64,000 nt of DNA from an uncultured Dehalococcoidia bacterium (GTDB lineage Bacteria > Chloroflexota > Dehalococcoidia > Lucifugimonadales > CATQGZ01), in the NCBI GenBank assembly GCA_964570875.1, contig CAZMZE010000063.1:9445-73444 (forward strand). Direction: 5' to 3'. Shown piece by piece: positions 48,987-57,457 of this stretch (the first letter of the stretch is position 1; the number at the start of each line of letters is the position of its first letter). Below the pieces are notes generated by a model that searched no databases, was not told the DNA's origin, and worked only from the letters and a program-made list of their open reading frames with translations. The position numbers and the translations under genes were made by a program.

Positions 48987-51113
48987 ATGTCGCTAGCCAG
49001 AATATCGGTCTTGATTTTGTCAATAATGCTCACTGTTGGTGTATCTAGTCAAGTGGTTCACGCAGATAATGCTTCACGGAGCGAAATCTCTATATTGATT
49101 GTGGACAGACAGGCTATCGGAAGTACCCCTGGCGGTGTGGATATGGTGAGCTCTCTGGTGGGTGTCCTATCAGTTCTGAATGATCAAACACCCCTTACCT
49201 ACCTTATTGCTGATGACCCTGGGCGAATTGTTGGGCCAGTTTCACCCTCAAAAGCTAAATTCAGGACGTTTCTGACTCAGTTGGATAGGGATTTGAATTT
49301 TCCACCTAGCACTTCCAATTGGCTTTTCGCAGACGCACTGGCTTCTGCATACAATAAATTGTTGGATGAAAATGCCTTGGAAGGATCAAAAGTCTATCTG
49401 ATAACAGGTGGATACTCTCAGCCGGAATTGATTGAACAGGCAGAAAATCCTAGTCCTATTGTAGGGTTGTTTGGAGATAGGGGTTGGCCAATTATAAGCC
49501 TGAATTTGCCAGGAACAGCGAATCAAATTGTGAGTGATTTGGGGAAGTTGTCCGCTATTACCGGAGGGACATCTATTGGATTATCGATTCCGGATGGGTT
49601 GCTATCTTTATTCGATCAATTACCTAGTTCTCTATCCAGAAATTCTTTGGAAATGATTGAACTTGGAAATAATAATGGCGATAGAGTTCACACCTCGTCC
49701 TTGTCGATAGCTCCAGGTACAGAAGAAGCAACAATTCTTTTCTTTAAGGAATCTGTTTACGGAACTCTAAGGCTTGATAACCCAGATGGTATTGAAGAAG
49801 TTCCGTCAATGTTGTCGCCTCATGCAGTGATGTGGAAACTTAAAGATCCGCTTCCAGGTCGATGGAATATTGATATTCGAGGTATGGGTGGGAATGTCTT
49901 TGGATGGCAAGGCGCGTCAAACAAATACAGTATTGATTTATATCAGCCCAGGCCTTTCGCTTTGGGAAGGACCAACTCATTGATGGTTTCGGTAAAAGAC
50001 TCTGGAAAGAGGGTGACCATCGAAAATGCAAAAGTGAGTGCTGAGGTCATCTTGTCTGGGAGCACTGGAGTTGTCTATCTGTTAAATGATGAGGGCTTAG
50101 AAGGTGACGCTGTTGCCGGAGATGGATTCTTTTCGGCCACGATGCCAGCATTGGATACAGCTGGTCAATACGAAACAAGGCTCAAGCTCTACTGGCCCGA
50201 GCATGATCATGGGATACTTTCTCATTCCAAGATAACGGCGCAAGCGTTCCCAACAATCGAATTGGCCAATGTTGAAATCGAAGAACTGCAGTTAGATGAA
50301 ACTAGAGTGATAGCCACTATAGCTATACAGGTCGATGGACAGCCATATCCTATTGCTACGGATGAGATTACTGGTTCAGTTACCTCAAACACCGAATCTT
50401 CAGGATATTTAGAACTGAAGCCACAGGAATTGGTTTCATCTGGTAGAGCATGGCTTTATAAGGCCTATTTCACCCCTGATTCAGGTGGGTTGCACACGGT
50501 TATATTCCATTTGATGACCCAGTATGCAGGAAGTCAGCATAGTTCTAGTTCCGACTCTTTTGTCATCAAAACCGCAGCCGCGATGTCCAGTGTTGATACC
50601 ACCAAAATAGTTGCGGAAGATCCGATACCTGCGGTACCTGATATTGATATTGTTGTGGAACAGCCCGTTTTGTTGGAGCTTTCTGATAATGCTGGTTTTC
50701 CCTGGATGTTGGTAATCATCCCAAGCGTGGCTGTTATTGTGATAGTTGCATTTTTATTGTGGAGATCGACTCTGAGCAGGCCATATGGCTTTCTTTACAA
50801 TGACCAGAACGAATTGATAGTGGATTTCTCAGGTCTTGAGCGGCGGCCTTTAATGGAACTGTTGTTCAAAAATAGTATTTTAGGCAGGGAATTGAAAATT
50901 AATGGACTGGAAGGAATATCTTTCAAGTTCTCGAGAGACAAAATTGCTATACGAAACCAAGGAAAAAATTCCAGTGTTAGATTAAACAGTCAGCCTCTTT
51001 TGGGGCAAGCCACTGTGAATGAGCGTGCTTGGATAGGAACTGGTGGCAAACTTTACAGTTTGTTCAGACTACCAAAACCTATGATGGCGGATCTCAGTCC
51101 AGCCAATGAGTAG
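48987..51113 (+). CDS. secreted vWA-like / Ig-like multidomain protein with one TM helix and a cytoplasmic FHA-like tail
   Basis: The ATG at 48987 follows AAGGAAGGGG. Signal peptide ...SSQVHA-like. The N-terminal alpha/beta domain has a degenerate MIDAS site. TM helix FPWMLVIIPSVAVIVIVAFLLW. The C-terminal approximately 110 aa carry ILGRE...NSSVRLNSQPL...WIGTGGKLYSLF. Confidence 0.6.
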   Translation: MSLARISVLILSIMLTVGVSSQVVHADNASRSEISILIVDRQAIGSTPGGVDMVSSLVGVLSVLNDQTPLTYLIADDPGRIVGPVSPSKAKFRTFLTQLDRDLNFPPSTSNWLFADALASAYNKLLDENALEGSKVYLITGGYSQPELIEQAENPSPIVGLFGDRGWPIISLNLPGTANQIVSDLGKLSAITGGTSIGLSIPDGLLSLFDQLPSSLSRNSLEMIELGNNNGDRVHTSSLSIAPGTEEATILFFKESVYGTLRLDNPDGIEEVPSMLSPHAVMWKLKDPLPGRWNIDIRGMGGNVFGWQGASNKYSIDLYQPRPFALGRTNSLMVSVKDSGKRVTIENAKVSAEVILSGSTGVVYLLNDEGLEGDAVAGDGFFSATMPALDTAGQYETRLKLYWPEHDHGILSHSKITAQAFPTIELANVEIEELQLDETRVIATIAIQVDGQPYPIATDEITGSVTSNTESSGYLELKPQELVSSGRAWLYKAYFTPDSGGLHTVIFHLMTQYAGSQHSSSSDSFVIKTAAAMSSVDTTKIVAEDPIPAVPDIDIVVEQPVLLELSDNAGFPWMLVIIPSVAVIVIVAFLLWRSTLSRPYGFLYNDQNELIVDFSGLERRPLMELLFKNSILGRELKINGLEGISFKFSRDKIAIRNQGKNSSVRLNSQPLLGQATVNERAWIGTGGKLYSLFRLPKPMMADLSPANE

Positions 51114-51156
51114 AGAAATTCGATATTGAGTTTTGAATCAGTATCGAATTTCTCTA

Positions 51157-51726
51157 CTAACTTTCATTGATTGTGATTGATTCTATTATGTCTCCGGTGA
51201 AGGTGTCAGTTCCCGGATCTCGCGGTGTTATGGAGTCAACTACGCTCATGCCTTCAAGGACTCGGCCAAATACCAGATGGCAAGACACTCCCCAGCCAGA
51301 GCAATTTTTCGGTGTACCGTCAGCTTCAAACGGATCAAGGTACGTGGTTGCTGTATAAGTAATGAAAAACTGACTTCCGTTAGTATCAATGCCACCTGCG
51401 TTAGCCATGGAAAGTACACCGGGGCCGTCATGACTGAGTTTGTTATTAAATTCATCGGCGAACTTGTAACCCGGACCTCCGCTTCCCGTTCCGGAGGGGT
51501 CCCCAGTTTGAGCCATGAACCCAGGGATCACTCTATGAAAAGTCACCCCATTGTAAAAGCCCTCACGTGCTAAGAAAACGAAGTTGTTTACCGTTTTAAG
51601 AGCTTCTTTGGCGAACAATTCTGCTACAAATGTCTCTCCTCCAGCCATTGTGAATGTAGCGGAGTATTTTTTGTTGGGATCTATGGAAATTTCTGGAGGA
51701 GTACTATATTGCTTATGTGTATTCAC
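51157..51726 (-). CDS. cyclophilin-type peptidyl-prolyl isomerase (leaderless copy)
   Basis: [15 protein letters not shown] and SMANAG...NGSQFFIT motifs. GTG start 2 nt after the upstream paralog's stop. Confidence 0.88.
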   Translation of the reverse strand: MNTHKQYSTPPEISIDPNKKYSATFTMAGGETFVAELFAKEALKTVNNFVFLAREGFYNGVTFHRVIPGFMAQTGDPSGTGSGGPGYKFADEFNNKLSHDGPGVLSMANAGGIDTNGSQFFITYTATTYLDPFEADGTPKNCSGWGVSCHLVFGRVLEGMSVVDSITPRDPGTDTFTGDIIESITINES

Positions 51727-52289
51727 TGCTATTCGCTTTCATTGATTGTGATTGATTCTATTATGTCTCCGGTGAAGGTGGCAGTTCCCGGATCTCGAGG
51801 TGTGATGGAGTCAACTACACTCATGCCTTCAAGGACTCGGCCAAATACCAAATGGCAGGAAACCCCTCTTACTGCACAATTCTTAGCGGTACCGTCAGCT
51901 TCAAACCCATCTAGGAAAGTAGTTGCCTTGTAAGTAATAAAAAACTGGCTTCCGTTAGTATCAATGCCACCTGCATTGGCCATGGATAGTATACCGGGGC
52001 CGTCATGACTGAGTTTGTCATCAAATTCATCGGCGAACTTGTAACCCGGGCCTCCGCTTCCCGTTCCGGAGGGGTCCCCAGTTTGAGCCATGAACCCAGG
52101 GATCACTCTGTGAAAAGTCACTCCATCGTAAAAGCCCTCACGTGCTAAGAAAACGAAGTTGTTTACCGTTTTAAGAGCTTCTTTGGCGAACAATTCTGCT
52201 ACAAATGTCTTTCCTCCAGTCATTGTGAATGTAGCGGAGTATTTTTTGTTGGGATCTATGGAAATTTCTGGAGGAGTACTATATTGCTT
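51160..52289. repeat. tandem direct duplication (two 555-nt units, period 575 nt) covering the two cyclophilin genes
   Basis: 51160-51714 aligns colinearly, without indels, to 51735-52289. Long identical runs include ctttcattgattgtgattgattctattatgtctccggtgaaggtg. Confidence 0.9.
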
Positions 52290-52439
52290 TGGTTTGAGTG
52301 ATTTGCTGATGGATTGCTCAGGTTTCGCTGCTGTGGTTTTAGTTGATTCAATTGAATCTCCGTCTTCAGAGCTACAAGCCGAACTTACGATTAAGATAAG
52401 AGTTGTAGAGAAAATCATCAACATCTTATAGAACATCAT
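51729..52439 (-). CDS. cyclophilin-type peptidyl-prolyl isomerase with signal/lipoprotein leader
   Basis: Same catalytic motifs as the neighbouring copy, plus the N-terminal leader ...LILIVSSAC and a Ser/Thr/Lys-rich linker. Confidence 0.88.
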   Translation of the reverse strand: MMFYKMLMIFSTTLILIVSSACSSEDGDSIESTKTTAAKPEQSISKSLKPKQYSTPPEISIDPNKKYSATFTMTGGKTFVAELFAKEALKTVNNFVFLAREGFYDGVTFHRVIPGFMAQTGDPSGTGSGGPGYKFADEFDDKLSHDGPGILSMANAGGIDTNGSQFFITYKATTFLDGFEADGTAKNCAVRGVSCHLVFGRVLEGMSVVDSITPRDPGTATFTGDIIESITINESE

Positions 52440-52603
52440 TAAAATACCTTTCTGCTTGTTGGTGCTAAATTTAAGTGGGAACTAAATCTAAACCAAGGAA
52501 GTATGTTGATTGGAAAGCTTTACCTGAATAGTATTTTACATTTAGGTGTAACTTATGGCCAGTAAATCGAATTTATTTTGTGGCAAGCAACGCCAAATAG
52601 TTT

Positions 52604-52612
52604 TGCTATAAT
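52604..52612 (+). promoter_or_regulatory. extended -10 promoter element (TGcTATAAT)
   Basis: TG at 52604-52605 and TATAAT at 52607-52612, about 30 nt upstream of the ATG at 52644. No good -35 element. Confidence 0.3.
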
Positions 52613-52643
52613 GCGTCCAGCATCCCAATAGGAGTTAATTCCG

Positions 52644-53321
52644 ATGACCATTGTTAGAAGTAAAACTCAAGTTGAGGTAATGTTTGAGTCTGCTGCTCCA
52701 AGGCCAAATGGAATGACTGGCTCCCCCGATGGACTTTGGCTTATAGACCAGCATTTTGACGATGCATATTTGGTTGATGAATCAGGCAAAGTGTTACGAC
52801 GAATCATGACTGACTCTGGAAATAGCAGTGGGTTAGCATATGGCGGAGGCCTTCTTTGGGTTGCTTTGAATGGAGGTCTTCGTGGTCGTGCGCCTCGTCC
52901 GAATGATCGCGAAGGATTCTGGATACTTAAGGTTAGCCCAAAGACTGGTAAGACATTGGAAGTTTTCCAACTCCCATTTAAGGGAAGGCTTCATGGGCTT
53001 GAGTGGGTTAGAGGGAAAATTTGGGCAGCTAGGCATGAAATTAAAGTTATGGACTTGTTGGATCCTAAGGATTGGTCGGTAGTCAGATCATTTGAGGTTC
53101 CGTATACCAGGGCTCACGGAGTGGCTTGGGATGGCAAGGGCCTTTGGGTAGCTCATCCCTCTGACCAACTAATAGCTCAATATGATGCGGTCACAGGGAA
53201 GGAAATAGATGGTTATGAGTTGCCGGAAGGCAGTCCTGAGCCTCATGGGCTGACGTATTGGAAGAATAAATTGTGGTATTGTGACGCTAAATCCGATGCG
53301 GTATGTACGGTATATAGATAG
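52644..53321 (+). CDS. beta-propeller repeat protein (glutamine-cyclotransferase-like blades)
   Basis: Recurrent blade motif: GLAYGGGLLWVA / HGLEWVRGKIWAA / HGVAWDGKGLWVA / HGLTYWKNKLWYCD. Confidence 0.55.
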   Translation: MTIVRSKTQVEVMFESAAPRPNGMTGSPDGLWLIDQHFDDAYLVDESGKVLRRIMTDSGNSSGLAYGGGLLWVALNGGLRGRAPRPNDREGFWILKVSPKTGKTLEVFQLPFKGRLHGLEWVRGKIWAARHEIKVMDLLDPKDWSVVRSFEVPYTRAHGVAWDGKGLWVAHPSDQLIAQYDAVTGKEIDGYELPEGSPEPHGLTYWKNKLWYCDAKSDAVCTVYR

Positions 53322-53402
53322 AGGTTACGTTTTTAATATTTACTATACGTTTACCCGATACTGAACAGACTGAATATACCTAGTTTTACCAGGAGGATGT
53401 TC

Positions 53403-54266
53403 ATGCCGAGTACCTTGCGCATAATTTCAATAGGTGCACATCCAGCTGATGTATTTGATCAATCAGGCGGTACCATGGCGCATCATGCAGCTCAAGGCGA
53501 TTATGTTGCATGTGTAGTTTTGACTCATGGCGCTAGAGTTCACGATAAAGTCATTAGTGACTCAATGTTTCACAGAGACAGCGTCCCGATTGGGAATGAT
53601 CTTATAGACCTTATGAAAGAAAGATCTGAGGTGAAAGCTGAGGAAGTGCGAGCAGCAGGGAAGATACTGGGTTTCGAAGATGTATATTTTTTGGAAGAAG
53701 ATGATGCTGTGCTGTTGATCACAGAAACGATAGTCAAGAAATTGGCAAAACTATTAAGAAAAATAAGACCGGACATCGTGCTAACTCATTACCCGAAAGA
53801 AGGAGATGGAATCACTAATGCTCATGCTATAGCTGGTCAAATTGCCTTATACGCTATGAATGTAGCAGGTGGAGTGGATCCGGATGATCCTAGCCCCCCT
53901 ACTCATTCTGCCAGAACCTTCTTTTTTGGTTCAGGTGCTGCCAGCTTACGAAAGTCTCTCTGGGATTCTCAAGGCGGTTATTACAACGATGTTTTTGTAG
54001 ATATCAGCGATGTGGTGGAAAAAAAATTAGCAGCATTAGATTGTCTGGCTAGTCAGGGATACGGTGGAGCATATGCAAGGAAACGCATTGAGACAAATGA
54101 TGGGGCTTTCGGCATTTCGGCGGGAGTGCCTTATGCTGAAGGCTTTATTGCTTCCAGTGGTGAGACCCACTACACTCTTCCCGTGTCGGATTATTCGATT
54201 CAGTCCACAAAGTTGTCTGATCATGAGCGTATGGCTAAATATTCCTACAGGATTAAGGTGGACTAG
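53403..54266 (+). CDS. PIG-L/LmbE family deacetylase
   Basis: ISIGAHPADVFDQSGGTMAHH N-terminal motif. The ATG at 53403 lies 6 nt after AGGAGG (the tracked start at 53397 abuts the SD). Confidence 0.75.
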   Translation: MPSTLRIISIGAHPADVFDQSGGTMAHHAAQGDYVACVVLTHGARVHDKVISDSMFHRDSVPIGNDLIDLMKERSEVKAEEVRAAGKILGFEDVYFLEEDDAVLLITETIVKKLAKLLRKIRPDIVLTHYPKEGDGITNAHAIAGQIALYAMNVAGGVDPDDPSPPTHSARTFFFGSGAASLRKSLWDSQGGYYNDVFVDISDVVEKKLAALDCLASQGYGGAYARKRIETNDGAFGISAGVPYAEGFIASSGETHYTLPVSDYSIQSTKLSDHERMAKYSYRIKVD

Positions 54267-55027
54267 TGCATAGAAGGAAACGGGTTCTTATCACGGGGGC
54301 TGCAGGTTTAGTAGGCGGTGTGTTAAGAGAGGCATTGGCGGACAATTACACGCTGAGCACACTGGATATTAAACATCTTGCTGGAGATCATCTTGAAGCC
54401 GATATGACCGATTTCGAAAAAATATTTCCCATGTTTGAGGGTAAAGATATAGTGATTGATCTTGCGGCCCATGCTCCTTCCGACACGCCTTGGCCTCAAA
54501 TTCACGAGAATAATTTACCAGCAACTTACAATGTGTACGAAGCTTCACTTAAAGCAGGTGTTCAAAGAGTAATATTTGCTAGTTCTAACCATGTTACTGG
54601 GCTGTACGAGAAAGATAAGCCTTACGTGGATATTGTAAATGGCAAATATGATGGATTAGATCCTAAAAAAATCCCCCTGATCAATACACAAATGCCTATC
54701 AGGCCGGATGGAGCGTACGGTATTGCCAAGGCATTTGGCGAAGCTACTGGAAGATTTGTTTCTGATAGGCATGGTGTCTCATCAATTTGTTTAAGGATAG
54801 GTAGCCTCACGAGGTCTGGTGGACCGGACGGAGTTCGTAATTTTGCTACATTGCTGACCCATAGGGACCTAGCCCAGCTCGTTGAAAAATCGATTGAGAC
54901 AAAATCTGAACCGCAATTTAATGTTTTTTACGGAGTGTCTGATAATACCTGGCGTTTTTGGGATATCGGTAATGCTGTTGATCACATTGGGTATAATCCA
55001 CAAGATGATGCAGAAAAATGGAGATAG
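54266..55027 (+). CDS. NAD-dependent epimerase/dehydratase (SDR, uronate-dehydrogenase-like)
   Basis: ITGAAGLVGG Rossmann motif and YGIAK catalytic YxxxK. The GTG start shares 1 nt with the upstream TAG. Confidence 0.8.
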   Translation: MHRRKRVLITGAAGLVGGVLREALADNYTLSTLDIKHLAGDHLEADMTDFEKIFPMFEGKDIVIDLAAHAPSDTPWPQIHENNLPATYNVYEASLKAGVQRVIFASSNHVTGLYEKDKPYVDIVNGKYDGLDPKKIPLINTQMPIRPDGAYGIAKAFGEATGRFVSDRHGVSSICLRIGSLTRSGGPDGVRNFATLLTHRDLAQLVEKSIETKSEPQFNVFYGVSDNTWRFWDIGNAVDHIGYNPQDDAEKWR

Positions 55028-55091
55028 TTACAAAATCCCATCTAGTAATTGGGGTTGATAAATAAATTGCACTAGTGTTAGGAAGGGTCAC

Positions 55092-56018
55092 ATGTCTATT
55101 AGAGTAGGAACTGGTGATTATCAATATGAAGTTGCTGAAGGCTGGGGTGACTGGCCCGTCGACGGTGTGGCTTCGGATGTTGCGACAGATTCCCAAGGTC
55201 GTGTTTACGTAGCGGTTCGTACTGCTCAATCTAAAGATTTAAACACGGGTGCGATAGTTGTATTTGATAGAGACGGAAATCATCTGGACACATGGGGAGA
55301 AGACGTTTTTGAGACATGTCATGGACTTTGGATTAGTCCTAAGGATGAGGTGTTCCATGCTGATGCTGGAGATAATACAGTTACCAAATTCACAACAGGC
55401 GGTAAACTTTTGATGACCATCGGTACCAAGGGCGAATTGGGTAACCCGGGTGAGCCGTTTAGATCACCAACCAGCGTAGTGCAATCTAACAGTGGTGACA
55501 TATATGTGTCCGATGGATATCGGCAAAATAGATGCCACAAATTCACATCTGCTGGAGAACTAATTTTTTCATGGGGTGAAGGAGACAATGTCTATTGGCA
55601 GGAAAACGTTGACGGTAAAGTTACCGGGCGAGCTGGGGTTGGCCCTGGTGAATTCAATCTTCCTCACCATATAACTGTAGATAGAAATGATCTGTCATAT
55701 GTACAAGACCGTGAGAACAACCGATGCCAGGTATTTGATCCGGATGGTAAATACATAACTGAGTGGAAGGATGTTCGTGGTTCAAATGACGGAGTAATAG
55801 ATAGTGATGATGTCATGCATATAGCCGAGGCTGGAGGAGATGCTGGGGTCTTGATAATTAAACTGGATGGTGAAGTTATAGGCAGGTGGGGAAAGAGAGG
55901 GGACCGTCCCGGCCAATGGAAGGGAGCCCCTCACGGGTTGTGGATAGATAAATTTGGAGATATGTATGTGGCCGAGGTTGGAACACAACAGGCTATTCAA
56001 AAATTCATACGGATATGA
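55092..56018 (+). CDS. peptidyl-alpha-hydroxyglycine alpha-amidating lyase (PAL)-like NHL beta-propeller
   Basis: PAL-like blades: CHGLWISPKDEVFHADAGDNTVTKF, VSDGYRQNRCHKFTSAGE, LPHHITVD, VQDRENNRCQVFDPDG. No signal peptide. Confidence 0.7.
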   Translation: MSIRVGTGDYQYEVAEGWGDWPVDGVASDVATDSQGRVYVAVRTAQSKDLNTGAIVVFDRDGNHLDTWGEDVFETCHGLWISPKDEVFHADAGDNTVTKFTTGGKLLMTIGTKGELGNPGEPFRSPTSVVQSNSGDIYVSDGYRQNRCHKFTSAGELIFSWGEGDNVYWQENVDGKVTGRAGVGPGEFNLPHHITVDRNDLSYVQDRENNRCQVFDPDGKYITEWKDVRGSNDGVIDSDDVMHIAEAGGDAGVLIIKLDGEVIGRWGKRGDRPGQWKGAPHGLWIDKFGDMYVAEVGTQQAIQKFIRI

Positions 56019-56038
56019 GTGTTTATCAAGTTTGAGGC

Positions 56039-56070
56039 ATTAAGGCGCAATTTTTGGGTTGTGCCTTAAT
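56039..56070. terminator. strong hairpin between convergent genes (possible bidirectional terminator)
   Basis: ATTAAGGCGCAA / TTGTGCCTTAAT form a 12-bp stem (one G-U pair) around the loop TTTTTGGG. It lies between the stops at 56018 and 56075. No flanking U-tract. Confidence 0.4.
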
Positions 56071-56074
56071 ATCT

Positions 56075-56233
56075 CTATGCTGCTTTACCTTGCTGGTTAG
56101 GATTGAGCGAGTGATTAGGCCTGAGTTCTACGTCTATAAGGTGGCCGCACTGGATGCATTGAATATAGTTTCCGTATGTGTCTCGATTCATATACATATA
56201 CCCCTGACAACGCGGACATGAATGTTTGCTCAT
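56075..56233 (-). CDS. small zinc-ribbon protein (52 aa), not in the ORF track (which lists nothing under 60 aa)
   Basis: ATG at 56233 lies 7 nt after GGAGGG. My hand translation of the minus strand is MSKHSCPRCQGYMYMNRDTYGNYIQCIQCGHLIDVELRPNHSLNPNQQGKAA, with a CxxC-X16-CxxC motif. The ORF ends at the hairpin. Confidence 0.6.
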   Translation of the reverse strand: MSKHSCPRCQGYMYMNRDTYGNYIQCIQCGHLIDVELRPNHSLNPNQQGKAA

Positions 56234-56266
56234 ATTTATACCCTCCAATAATAATCTTTCAATATA

Positions 56267-56295
56267 AAATTAGAACAAAAGTGCTAAATTGTCAA
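56267..56295 (-). promoter_or_regulatory. candidate promoter with SOS-box-like operator upstream of the 52-aa ORF
   Basis: The minus strand reads TTGACA-ATTT-AGCACTTTTGTTCT-AATTT. There is a consensus -35 and the box GCAC-N4-GTTC (56272-56285). The -10 is weak (TAATTT at 17 nt). Confidence 0.45.
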
Positions 56296-56405
56296 GGGGC
56301 ATGGCTTCTTGAAAATTCGGAATAAGGATGCTAAAGTCGGCCTAAATTTGAGTGGGCTTTAATTTGAGGCGTTTTAGATTCAATCTGATCAGAGGGAGAG
56401 TTTTA

Positions 56406-57389
56406 ATGTCATTTCTCGATGCTAATCAAGTTGATCATTTCCAATCAGAAGGATACTTGGTTGTTGAGGACCTGATTTCACCAGAGGATGTTTTGGATCC
56501 CTTGGTCGATGAATATGAAAAAGTATTATCTACGCTTGCTGAGGAACTTTTTGGTCAAGGGGCTATTTCCTCAACATATTCAGACTTGCCGTTTAATGAA
56601 AGATTGACTGAAATTTATCAGGACAGCGGTAAAATCCATTCTGGTTATTTCGATTTTTCATTGCCGCAAGCCGGAGTTAAGATAGATACTCCGATGTGGC
56701 ATGGTCCGGCGGTTTTTGATACTCTCACAGCCCCCGCATTGCTTGATGCCGTAGAATCTTTGATTGGTCCTGAGATATATTCTAATCCTGTTCAACACGT
56801 AAGATTAAAACCACCAGAGAAATTGACCCCCATACATACAGAAACCGGTAAAGTTCAGTTGGGGGCAACTCCATGGCATCAGGACTTAGGAGTGGTTAAT
56901 GAAGAAGCGGATGACACCGATATGTTAACTGTATGGATTCCTGTATGGGATGCAACGGAAGAGTCTGGGTGTCTTCATCTGGTTCCGTGGAGTCATATGG
57001 AAGGTCTGGCTTCTCATTGTTCGGGCCCGAATGCTGCAAGGCCGGGGTTGCATATTCCTGACGACCGATTGAGGCTCGAAGATGCTGTTTCACTACCGAT
57101 GAGTCGCGGGAGTGTATTGTTTATGCATAGGCTAACGTGCCATGGATCTTTACCTAACAATAGTGATCGTGTGAGATGGAGCCTAGATCTTCGATATAAT
57201 CCTATTGGGCAACCGACTGGGAGAGGATCATTTCCCGGGTTCGTAGCCAGGAGCAGATCTAACCCTGAAATTGAGCTCCATGATTCTGAGGTGTGGGCCG
57301 AGTCGTGGATACAAATTCGAGAAAAACTTGCGTTAGAGAATGATCCTCAATATAACAGGTGGAATACTGACGATCCTGCCTGCGCTTGA
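56406..57389 (+). CDS. phytanoyl-CoA dioxygenase (PhyH) family Fe(II)/2-oxoglutarate oxygenase
   Basis: QVDHFQSEGYLVVEDL N-terminus, PWHQDLG (HxD), distal CHGSLPN histidine. The ATG at 56406 lies 9 nt after GGGAG. Confidence 0.78.
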   Translation: MSFLDANQVDHFQSEGYLVVEDLISPEDVLDPLVDEYEKVLSTLAEELFGQGAISSTYSDLPFNERLTEIYQDSGKIHSGYFDFSLPQAGVKIDTPMWHGPAVFDTLTAPALLDAVESLIGPEIYSNPVQHVRLKPPEKLTPIHTETGKVQLGATPWHQDLGVVNEEADDTDMLTVWIPVWDATEESGCLHLVPWSHMEGLASHCSGPNAARPGLHIPDDRLRLEDAVSLPMSRGSVLFMHRLTCHGSLPNNSDRVRWSLDLRYNPIGQPTGRGSFPGFVARSRSNPEIELHDSEVWAESWIQIREKLALENDPQYNRWNTDDPACA

Positions 57390-57457
57390 TTACGTATAGC
57401 GGTATTGGATCTACAATTTTTCAAAAGATGTCAGTGCATCGACTACTTGTTTTAGTG

